64,000 nt of DNA from Mytilus trossulus (lineage: Eukaryota). Shown in pieces: positions 13,732-23,792 of the stretch. The notes beneath the pieces were generated by a model. That model saw nothing but the letters and a program-made list of their open reading frames with translations, had not been told where the DNA came from and did not search any database. Each line of letters starts with the position of its first letter. Position 1 is the first letter of the stretch. The stretch covers positions 72,664,001 to 72,728,000 of the forward strand of contig NC_086382.1 in NCBI RefSeq assembly GCF_036588685.1, written 5' to 3'. A program made the position numbers and the translations under genes.

Positions 13732-15033
13732 TTAATTTTCGCATACAAAGTCCTCGGGTTTCAAGACATCCCATGCTTTTCCGGCAACTTTGGATGGTCC
13801 ACTACAAACAATAATATGTGGATACATTATAGTGTATGTTGCATTGTCCATTTTTTCCCTCAGCCATTTCAGGTGACAGTCACAAATCCATGGATTAAAA
13901 TCCATAAAAACTGAAGACAAACGTGGCATAAATTTGGTATCGAGGACTCCAGGGTCGAGGGTACTAAGCTTGTTATCACTCAACCATACATCTTGTATGC
14001 TTGTCAAGGAATGAAATGCTCCTGTCTCTATTTTACTTATCTTATTGTCGGTAAGGTATATTGTTTTTAATGCTGTTAGTCCATCTAATGTATGATTGGT
14101 AATCGGTGATGAAATTTGATTGTCCATGAAATTTACAATTGTTACTTTTGTTAATCCAAAGAATGCGTAATCAGCAAGAGTAGAAAGGGGACTATCCCGA
14201 ATCTCAATAACCTGGATGTTCGGTAGATGTCGGAAACCATATGATGGTATGACAGTTATGGGATTTCCAACGAAATCAAAATTTTGCAAAGTTGCAGGAA
14301 AATATGTCATGTTTGGAAATGTTTTAAGATTGTTGTATCTCAAAGATAAATACGTCAGATTCTGATTTTTAAAAAAGGCTGTTAGAGGTATGCTTCCGTC
14401 CTCCAACTGGTTGAAGCTTATGGCTATGTTAATAGCACCGGTCAATGGGTCGAATGCGTGTTCTTCAATCTTGCTAAGATTTGTATTACTTACAGTTAAA
14501 TACTGAATAGAAGGGTATTTAACAAAACTTGAGGCTGTCAATGTTTGAATTGGGTTATAAGCTATCGCAAATCCAATTAGTTTAGGAGGTAGTATTTGTG
14601 GAATTGAAGTGAATTTATTTATCGATAAATCCAAATTGGCAATGCTAGGTAAATCAAGTGCACCGTCTTGTATACTTCCTTCTTTAAACTGGTTATCTGT
14701 AAGATCAAGCGACTGAAGATGAATCAATCCGCTAAATGAATCTGTTGGTACTACTTTTATCTGATTCGATCCGAGATATAAAGAAACTGTCGTTATTGGT
14801 AAATTCTTTGGAATTTCGGTAATTCCTATCCCATTACAATACACTTCAGTATTTTCGGTTTGACATGTGCAAGGAGAAGGACATTCACCTGCTTGGGAGA
14901 TCGTGGTAAATAACATCAGATGAAGGTACAGGAGAACCATTATAACATCAGATGAAGGTACAGGAGAACCATTATAACTGTCATCATTGACCATCAGATG
15001 AAGGTACAGGAGAACCATTATAACTGTCATCAT
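13732..15033 (-). CDS. Secreted LRR-only protein, paralog 4; N-terminus disrupted by a tandem repeat (in-frame ATGs include 15033 and 14940)
   Basis: Intact LRRNT-LRR-LRRCT body. The acceptor tttcag| is at 16048, beyond the repeat array; expression is uncertain. Confidence 0.8.
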   Translation of the reverse strand: MMTVIMVLLYLHLMVNDDSYNGSPVPSSDVIMVLLYLHLMLFTTISQAGECPSPCTCQTENTEVYCNGIGITEIPKNLPITTVSLYLGSNQIKVVPTDSFSGLIHLQSLDLTDNQFKEGSIQDGALDLPSIANLDLSINKFTSIPQILPPKLIGFAIAYNPIQTLTASSFVKYPSIQYLTVSNTNLSKIEEHAFDPLTGAINIAISFNQLEDGSIPLTAFFKNQNLTYLSLRYNNLKTFPNMTYFPATLQNFDFVGNPITVIPSYGFRHLPNIQVIEIRDSPLSTLADYAFFGLTKVTIVNFMDNQISSPITNHTLDGLTALKTIYLTDNKISKIETGAFHSLTSIQDVWLSDNKLSTLDPGVLDTKFMPRLSSVFMDFNPWICDCHLKWLREKMDNATYTIMYPHIIVCSGPSKVAGKAWDVLKPEDFVCEN

Positions 15034-16041
15034 TGACCATCAGATGAAGGTACAGGAGAACCATTATAACTGTCATCATTGACCATCAGTTGAAGGTACA
15101 GGAGAACCATTATAACTGTCATCATTGACCATCAGATGAAGGTACAGGAGAACCATAATAACTGTCATCATGAAGGTACAGGATAACCATAATAACTGTC
15201 ATCATTGACCATCAGATGAAGGTACAGGAGAACCATTATAACTGTCATCATTGACCATCAGATGAAGGTACAGGAGAACCATAATAACTGTCATCATTGA
15301 CCATCAGATGAAGGTACAGGAGAACCATTATAACTGTCATCATTGACCATCAGATGAAGGTACAGGAGAACCATAATAACTGTCATCATTGACCATCAGA
15401 TGAAGGTACAGGATAACCATAATAACTGTCATCATTGACCATCAGATGAAGGTACAGGAGAACCATTATAACTGTCATCATTGACCATCAGATGAAGGTA
15501 CAGGAGAACCATAATAACTGTCATCATTGACCATCAGATGAAGGTACAGGAGAACCATTATAACTGTCATCATTGACCATCAGATGAAGGTACATGAGAA
15601 CCATAATAACTGTCATCATTGACCATCAGATGAAGGTACAGGATAACCATAATAACTGTCATCATTGACCATCAGATGAAGGTACAGGTGAACCATTATA
15701 ACTGTCATCATTGACCATCAGATGAAGGTACAGGAGAACCATAATAACTGTCATCATTGACCATCAGATGAAGGTACAGGAGAACCATTATAACTGTCAT
15801 CATTGACCATCAGATGAAGGTACAGGAGAACCATTATAACTGTCATCATTGACCATCAGATGAAGGTACAGGAGAACCATTATAACTGTCATCATTGACC
15901 ATCAGATGAAGGTACAGGAGAACCATTATAACTGTCATCATTGACCATCAGATGAAGGTACAGGAGAACCATTATAACTGTCATCATTGACCATCAGATG
16001 AAGGTACAGGAGAACCATTATAACTGTCATCATTGACCATC
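14914..16041. repeat. 46-bp minisatellite, ~24 units plus one 32-bp partial unit, derived from the start codon/signal-peptide sequence of paralog 4
   Basis: Minus-strand unit gtcaATGATGACAGTTATAATGGTTCTCCTGTACCTTCATCTGATG, head-to-tail with no spacers. One unit near 15170 has a 12-bp deletion. Confidence 0.97.
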
Positions 16042-16488
16042 AAGTGTGCTGAAATAAATTCAACTTTGAAGTTATTTTGTTTCTATAAGGTAACATTGAA
16101 CTTTCAGGGTTTTGACCGCAAGTCGGTTTATTTTCCAATTTCAGCCCAGGTCTAGATATCATAATTGGTCAAAGGTTTTACCTGACGGTAAAATAGATTT
16201 AAAGTTGAAGCAAAATTTTATCTGCAGTACAAATGAGATATTGCGCATCAAGCTTTGGCGATCGTCAGAATGTTAACAAAATTTGGCAATTGCGCTTGAA
16301 GTCTTGGTTGTTTTCAGTCTAATTGTTTTTGTATATTAGAGGATACAGAAATTTGATAATGACGTATTAGAATAATTACTACTGGTTGTACTTTCTTAGC
16401 TGTATTTGGCAAAACGTTTAGGAATTTTGGTCCTCAATGCTCTTCAACTTCGTACCTTTTTGGGCCTTTTTAACTTCTTTGGATTCAA

Positions 16489-16532
16489 GCGTCACTGATG
16501 AGTCTTTTGTAGACGAAACGCGCGTTTGACGT
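16489..16532 (+). ncRNA. Minimal type I hammerhead ribozyme within a dispersed repeat (~16395-16572)
   Basis: gcgtca CTGATGA gtct-tttgt-agac GAAA cgcgcg TT tgacgt; GUU cleavage triplet, stem I fully paired. Confidence 0.8.
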
Positions 16533-17362
16533 ATATACTAAATTTAGTCCCGGTATCTATGATGAGTTTATTTCTAACGTTTTACAATTTCTCACGTTTT
16601 GGTACCGAGCGAACTTAATAAAACACGTTTTGTAATGTCATAGTAATCATTTTGATATCAATACAATTTTTTTTTAATATGAAATTACAAAGCAAAACAT
16701 TTGTGCCTTCTTCAAATGTGCTTCATACTCTATGTGTAAACTACTCTTGAAATATTACGTTACAAGGTAAACCAATTTCATCAATATAACATTCACAACC
16801 GCTTGTCTTCATGATGTAGTCGTAAATGTATAAATTCTCTTTTAGTATCAAGTCGGTGATGGGTTTTTTTCGTAACTGCTATGTGACCTTTAGACAAATC
16901 ACTACCGTTTAAGAAGAACATAACACGTTAACAGTATCTCTTAGTTGAAAATAAGCTTATATTGAGTAATGCATAAAACTAATAGTATATATATCGTAGC
17001 AAAATATATTAACTTGATGTGATATGTATACTTACATTGTAAACTTAAGTCAAAATAGATGTGTATATTATATACTATTATCTTTATTTGTCAAACACTC
17101 TTGTTATAAATATATACACAAATCTACACATATCTAAGATATATACACAAATCACCAATTATTTCATATATCATAAATTTATCAAACCAAAGCTAGACTT
17201 TTGCCATAATTAGCTTTACAATAGCGATTATAATACTAGTATGTTTATGAAGTCTTTGTAATATGTTGAATAGAGCTTATATTTTTGTTTGAAGTAATTC
17301 TCATTTTCTACCTATTAACTCACAATCATGACAATAAACAAGAATTCGTTGCAATTTCTGTT

Positions 17363-18604
17363 TTATTTACAAACAAAATCACTTGGTTTAAGATCCGCCC
17401 ATGTCTTTCCCGCGACATTGAGAGGCCCTGCACAGTCAGTAAGACTAGGAGAGCCTACTTTGTAAGAAGCATTGTCCATTTTCTCCCTCAGCCATCTTAA
17501 ATGACAATCACATGTCCATGGATTTCCGTAAATATAAACTGCTGATAATTTCGGAATAAACGTTGTATCCAGTACTGCAGGCTCTATTGCCATCAATTTA
17601 TTCTCACTAAGTCCAAGTTCTTGTAGATTTTTCATAGGATAAAAAGCTCCTGCTTCAATTTTAGAAACGTTATTTATGTCTAGTGACAAGCCTTGTAGTG
17701 ACACCAGACCATTAAATGTTAAATGTGTTATTGTACCCGACAAATGTCCTTGACTTAAATCAAGGAACCTTAGATTGTCTAAGCCGAAAAACGCATTGTC
17801 TTCAATAGAGTTAATGGTTCCCTGTGCTACTGCCAAGTTTGTTAGGTTCGACAATGATTTGAATGCATATGACGGTATCATTGTTATCTCGTTACCATAT
17901 ATATTTAATTTTTGTAAAGAACTTGGAAGATAGGATGTATCTGGTATAGCTTGCATCTGATTATAGTTTAAACTCAATTCATTTAGCTTCAAATTTTTGG
18001 AGAACGCTTTCGGACTTAAACTGCTATCGTTAAGACTGTTTGAACTTAAGTCGATCACTCGAACATTTATCAATGGATCAAAGGCATGTTCCTCGGCTGT
18101 ATATATTTGATTTGCGAGCATGTTAAGGTATTGTATGGATGTTGCATGTACGAAACTATTGGTCTTAAGTGTCGAAATAGGGTTGTTGTAGAAATTCAAA
18201 GTTAAAAGTTTTGGTGGAAGTTCTTGTGGAATTGAGGTAAAGAGATTTGCCGACAAGTCTATCATGTCTATGCTTGACAAATTAAATGCTCCTCTTTCAA
18301 TGCTATTATCTTGTAACTTATTTCTTGTCATGTCTATGTAACTAAGCTGGTATAGTCCATCAAATGCAGCCTTCGGTATGTGCGAGATTTCGTTGGACCT
18401 TAGAAGCAATGCTATCGTATTTCTGGGTAAACCTTTTGGTATTGCTGTTATCCCTGTTTGGTTACACACAACAGTTGTGTTATTATATAAACACCAGCAT
18501 GGTGACGGACACGGATCAGATAAGCAGTACTGTAGACACAGGAGAACTAAAATGACTGCAATTTGCTTCAATACTGTTAACATTCTTGTACGTACTTTCC
18601 ACAT
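17363..18604 (-). CDS. Secreted LRR-only protein, paralog 5 (probable start MWKVRTRM at 18604)
   Basis: Same architecture (CPSPCWC, NPWTCDCHLRWL, DFVCK*). Acceptor ttgcag| at 18613; the ORF-track start is a TTG in the intron. Confidence 0.9.
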   Translation of the reverse strand: MWKVRTRMLTVLKQIAVILVLLCLQYCLSDPCPSPCWCLYNNTTVVCNQTGITAIPKGLPRNTIALLLRSNEISHIPKAAFDGLYQLSYIDMTRNKLQDNSIERGAFNLSSIDMIDLSANLFTSIPQELPPKLLTLNFYNNPISTLKTNSFVHATSIQYLNMLANQIYTAEEHAFDPLINVRVIDLSSNSLNDSSLSPKAFSKNLKLNELSLNYNQMQAIPDTSYLPSSLQKLNIYGNEITMIPSYAFKSLSNLTNLAVAQGTINSIEDNAFFGLDNLRFLDLSQGHLSGTITHLTFNGLVSLQGLSLDINNVSKIEAGAFYPMKNLQELGLSENKLMAIEPAVLDTTFIPKLSAVYIYGNPWTCDCHLRWLREKMDNASYKVGSPSLTDCAGPLNVAGKTWADLKPSDFVCK

Positions 18605-19862
18605 TTCAAGTATCTGCAACAGATTATAACAATGAGAGAAAAATTGCTTTTATACATTTCGCAATAATAATATAATAAGTCCGGGTGCGGAATTATTTCG
18701 TTGTGTTGAAGACCCTTTGGTGGCCTTCTGTTGTTTTCTGCTATATGGTCGGATTGCTGTCTCTTTGTCACATTCTACATTTCCATTCTCAATTGTATCA
18801 GTATATATAAAAGTATATACTACGATAAAGATCCCAAGGAAGCTGTCACACTAATTTTCCATATGGAAAGGCACTTAAAACAAGTGACGGAATTGAGTAA
18901 TCATTCGGGATGCTCGGATCTCCTACTTTTTTTTATATTGATCCGCTAAATAGGTTGATATATGGAATAGAAATTGGCCATATAAATGTAGCCATTGAAT
19001 AATACCAATCTATAAGCATGTCAGCGTTGCATGGATGCTTTACGTATTATTCAATGGCTATTTTTTGTGCTTTTATATAAAAAAAAATATTCTGTGACTT
19101 CAAGCGTATGCTATCAATTATAATGTATGATATTTATGCAGATCTATACTTACGAACCTTGTTTACAATTCTATTTCGTTAATGCCTTATCTCTCTGGTT
19201 AGGTGATTATCCCGTAATATTATAGATAAAGTTCTTAATTTTACAACGTGAGACGTAGCAATTTAGGTTTTATTTTAAACTTTGAAATCCATGGGAAGAT
19301 ATAGGTGTATTTTTTTTTCTTTTTGGAAGTGTGATAGACAAGAATATTTTGGTATTTTTAATATATTTATTTTTTGTTGGAATGGGCTTTTGATAAAGAA
19401 AATTTGTCTTCATAAGTTGTGATCACTGCAGAGTAGAATTCAGTTTTTCTTCTTTAGTCACATAATTCAGTCTTATTTTAAAATAATATACTTAATATTA
19501 ATAAGTTTATTTCAATTCAGGCTCATGGCTTACCTTTACAAATTGTGTCTAGGATTGAGGGTTGTCTCATTGGCACTCATACCACATCTACTTATATCTA
19601 TCAAATAAGGGTAAATTGAAAAATTCTAAATCTTACATTATTTTTACTGTACTTCTTCTTCTTGGTATAAGCCTCCTTTAATTAGGAGCACCTCCAAATA
19701 TATATGGAGTTTTCCCTTAACTTCAAATTTTGTTTTTAAAATGATAAAACAAAAAATTTTCCAACATATGTACAGCACATATAAATAAACACTTAACAAT
19801 AGGAATGTCATGCAGGGCATATTTATATGGACCTTATTATTACAAAGTATTCCACCATACAA

Positions 19863-20122
19863 TAGATATAGGAAGATGTGGTGTGAGTGCCAATGAGACA
19901 ACTCTCCATCCAAATATCAATTTAAAAATTAAACCATTATAGGTTAAAGTACGGCCTTCAACACGGAGCCTTGGCTCACACCGAACAACAAGCTATAAAG
20001 GGCCCCAAAATTACTAGTGTAAAACCATTCAAACGGGAAAACCAACGGTCTAATCTATATAAACAAAACGAGAAACGAGAAACACGTATATATTATATAA
20101 ACAAACGACAACTACTGTACAT
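19863..20122 (-). mobile_element. Terminal 260 bp of a dispersed non-autonomous element, inverted relative to the copy at 21319-21578
   Basis: Near-perfect reverse complement of 21319-21578 (about 2 mismatches). The terminus ttgtctcattggca(c/a)tca(c/t)accacatctt recurs at ~19561, 23400, 25448(-), 30325(-) and 53262. Confidence 0.9.
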
Positions 20123-20999
20123 GTAGTGTACAAAATGTTTATAGGAGTTCTGTATTCAAATTTAACGGACTTCAACAAATGACAAGTATCAATTCGTTTA
20201 TTGAATACTAATTCATAAAATACAATGTAGAACACAACAGTATCTGTCTTCATAGCCATCAGGTTTTATGCTATGCATAACTCAAACTGTTTTTAATCAA
20301 AATAGTTCATGAACAAATTTGTATATACTATAGGTTTGTTTCTGACAATAAAACTGGATTTTAATCAAATAATAAAGTAAATGTTATCCGATGAAATTCA
20401 ATGTACAATGCAGGGTTAACCATCTACATGCACATGTACAAATGTAACAAAAAACGGAATGACATTATATGAAGATGTTTTTGTGTGTGTGTGTTGCAAT
20501 GTCGTTTATTTTTAGTTGCACTTCAGTGTTTTCCTCTTATAGTTGACGTGTTTCCATCAGTTTTAGTTTGTAACCGAAATTTGTTTTCTCTCAATCGATT
20601 TATGACTGTTGAACAGCGCCATACTTCCTCGTCTTCATTTGAAAAAAAAAACCAACTGCCAAGGACAAAATGTGTCTGAAATAAATAAGATGGTACAAGA
20701 TATGACTTACTCTGAATATTGAACCTGCACGTTCTGGTTATGTGGTGTCCATTCATCATAGAAACCATACCCGTGTGGTATATATCGTCTACCTCTGGGT
20801 TTGTAGGGGCCATAATCAGTACAAATATTCTGTAGCTGTGGGTAGTGTCGCTTTTCACGTTCTGAAATTAAAAATAAATCATCATGTTCAAGATCTTCTC
20901 TATAGTTAATGTTGATCATTTAACTGCACATGCATTGTATATTTATAAACACAGCCTCATGTACATGTATTTCTAAAAAAGCTACTGCTCTATAATTAC
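20120..20999 (-). pseudogene. Inverted ~880-bp duplicate of SPATS1 exon 2 plus flanking intron (source 24229-25108)
   Basis: Reverse complement of 24229-25108 with roughly 8-10 differences; exon and both splice sites intact. ORF-track peptides at 20707-20919(-) and 24309-24521(+) differ by one residue. Confidence 0.95.
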
Positions 21000-21019
21000 A
21001 AACCAAAGACCAAAAAGAT

Positions 21020-21578
21020 CTGTGTATTAAAATAATAATAGGCTAAGAATTTGTTTGAGAGCCTTTTGGTCATGACTGTTTGTCTCTAATATTTAATTAA
21101 CTGTGCATTTGTATTCAGATATCGCAGATCAAATTTATTCGTTCTTTGTGTAATCATACGTTTTTTGATTGAGTTAAGTCTGCTAATTGATATTTTATCG
21201 TATGTTTTTATATGTTGTGATGTTATGCTATTGTTTCAGAAAAAGGGAGAAGGTTTGGGCCCATTAAAACGTTTAATCCCGCTGCAAATGTTTGCACCTG
21301 TCCTAAGTCAGGAATCTGATGTACAGTAGTTGTCGTTTGTTTATGTAATATATACGTGTTTCTCGTTTCTCGTTTTGTTTATATAGATTAGACCGTTGGT
21401 TTTCCCGTTTGAATGGTTTTACACTAGTAATTTTGGGGCCCTTTATAGCTTGTTGTTCGGTGTGAGCCAAGGCTCCGTGTTGAAGGCCGTACTTTAACCT
21501 ATAATGGTTTAATTTTTAAATTGTTATTTGGATGGAGAGTTGTCTCATTGGCACTCACACCACATCTTCCTATATCTA
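21020..21578 (+). mobile_element. Dispersed non-autonomous retroelement-like copy carrying a twister-like motif
   Basis: Shares its terminus with other copies in the window and the cctgtc.aagtcagg core with the Penelope-like 3' region at 45350-45441. The 5' boundary is approximate. Confidence 0.7.
21236..21319 (+). ncRNA. Twister-ribozyme-like motif, P5-type permutation (best copy); predicted cleavage U21274^A21275
   Basis: P5 tcaga/tctga; P2 tccc/ggga; GA; T1 cct/agg; UAA; T2 gc/gt; P3 tgcaaa/tttgca; P4 cctg/cagg with loop U-CCU-AA-GU. No canonical P1. Confidence 0.7.
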
Positions 21579-21941
21579 AGATGTAAGAATTCAATAAAAT
21601 CTAAAAAGGCAGTTTTTCTTAGTGGAATGTTATGTACTTCATGATCAATGTATATTAAAAATCTTTTAAAAAGTTATAAAAAACTTGTTTTGCCCCTAAC
21701 AAAAGATTTAAAAAGGTTATATTAATGCTAAGCACTGTATAATAAATTGTATAAGGCTGTTGGGGATAGTGATTTTTTAAATATTTTAGATTCTTACAAT
21801 TATTAAATGACAGACTCTGTGTTGGTATTATATATGTCACTTATGATAATCATTATTCTCATTTGGTTGTCAATTCTTCCACTTTATTATATATGTATCT
21901 TTAGATAACTATATATATATATATATGCATATTATGTGATT

Positions 21942-22803
21942 CTATTTGTTGTCTAAAATTTTCAGTCTCTCTATATGCATTTGAAATAACATGTTTCTAG
22001 TTTTGTTTTCAATATTTTCCATGAATTTTTCACAGCTATCAAACAACTCCTTGTATTTTGAACAGTCTATTAGCAATTGAACTATTGCTGTTTTGTTCAC
22101 GAAGGTGCAGTTCCATTTTGCTGGAGTGATTTTATCAGTGATATATTTTCTTATATCAAGGAAATATTTTTCTCTCGTAGTACTGAGTATTGGACATGTT
22201 GTCATGAAATGAGTTATGTCTTCATTGGCGGTTTGACATAATTGGCAAGTTGGATCTACTGTATACGGAGTGAATTTATGTTGATCTGCCTGAAGTATGT
22301 ATGTTCCAGTTATCATTCTAGTCTTGATTATTGCTTTTCTAAGTTCAAAACCAGGCAAATGCTTTATTTTCCAAACTTGGTGATATTTATTGATCTCAGA
22401 GTTTTCCATATTCATGAATTTTAAGCTTGTTTTTCCTTCAGATTGTATTAAGGTCTTGTCCTTCCAAAATGTGTCTACTTTCAGTTTGATAGTTCTTTTC
22501 CATTGTTCTTTCTTTGGAACATTGCTTTTAAGTTGTATGATAGTTGGGAGTTCATACAGATCTAATATATCCATAACTCTAGAAAAGAAGCTATGTTTGT
22601 TATCAAAGTTTGTTGTTATTTGTCTTTCCATAAGCTGATGTATTTTTTCATTTTCACATGTAAGTAGTGCAAGTAGGAGAGACAAAACTCTTTTATGAAT
22701 TTCTGCTTCTATTGGTAGTGCTCCTAACAGTAGTAATACTGCAGAGTTAGCAGTTCTTTCTGGAAGAGATTGTATCTGGCGAAGATTTTTTCTCACTAAA
22801 TCA
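21942..22803 (-). mobile_element. 5'-truncated non-LTR retrotransposon, C-terminal part of the RT ORF
   Basis: LRQIQSLP..TAN.AV..LLG.LPIEA.IHKR post-RT motif and a CQLC...EDITHF...CP zinc knuckle; (TA)n downstream. Confidence 0.8.
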
Positions 22804-23654
22804 GGTATAATCAATCAATCAGCGTTGCTCGTTGACTTTGAACAGTGAACATTTTCAAATGGCGTTAAAAAAACGTCAAACGGGTAACGCATTTAAAGCT
22901 GTGGGTTTTGTTCAATAATTGTAAATCAATTCGTATGTCGTTTTTATATTAAATTAGAAAATTTCGAGTATTCAAGTTTTCCCATGTTATAATTTTTTTT
23001 GTTTCTAAATTGTCATAAATGGGGGAGATTTTTGTTTTCTGTAGCTAAAACCGCCCTTGCCTAAATGTAACTTGTGCAGTCGTTCTTACTGTAAAATCTG
23101 CATAGTTTCTATTACAACTAGCGTATGAAATCAGGGACCAGTTTTATATGGTTCTGATTAAACCTTGGGCTGGTATTTTTTTTCTATATTACGGTAGCAT
23201 ATAAACATAAACTTTAAAATAATTTAGTTAAAGAAAAAACAAATCACAGCCAGTCTGTGTCCTGCTGATAGAGATGTCGGTTCAAAGCTCATTAAAGCTT
23301 ATGCTTGTCTATGTTATATACCATGCCGACTCTAAATAAAGCTTATTTATTGTTATTTATATTTATAGAGCAGTTTTCTATTAATTCATAAATATACATC
23401 ACACCACATCTTCTTTTTCATTTATTCGGGCTGTTAACGAATTTATATATTGAAAGCTTTTTTTAAAAATCGATTTCCTGCTTATTTCAAAAATATTTTG
23501 TTAATAAAACCTTCGACTAATATTATAGATAAAAACCTATTTTTTTCAGTTTTTTTATTTAGAGTTACTTTTCCTGAAATCAATTAAGAGTGAAACGTCC
23601 GTCAGATGTCGTGAGAGAAAGTACCTGTTCATGCGTGTAAATCACCAAGGTCAC

Positions 23655-23706
23655 GGCTTCCTTTCCGGCACATGGCGGTGTTTAAACTTTTGTTTACATG
23701 TTTACA
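23655..23706 (+). promoter_or_regulatory. Probable SPATS1 promoter/5'UTR with ETS-like TTCCGG, YY1-like CATGGCGG and tandem forkhead TGTTTAC motifs
   Basis: Local CpG enrichment ~90-140 bp upstream of the ATG; short motif matches only. Confidence 0.35.
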
Positions 23707-23792
23707 AAAGACCACGAATTAATTATAAGTAAAATCAATATGTAACGAGAGTCAATATTTAGGTTCAAACGTTAAAGTAAAAAAGATACAAA

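Noticed and set aside
14914-16041. CRISPR array
   Set aside because: Units are contiguous with no unique spacers, derive from the gene's own signal-peptide sequence, and there are no cas genes; the context is eukaryotic.
6223-16572. Hammerhead repeats as the recombination substrate that built the LRR array
   Set aside because: The paralogs are far more diverged than the repeats, and the copies belong to different subfamilies at non-equivalent positions.
3838-18619. VLR-like somatically assembled receptor locus
   Set aside because: All five genes are complete; I saw no incomplete germline gene, no stalk/GPI tail and no free LRR cassettes in the spacers.
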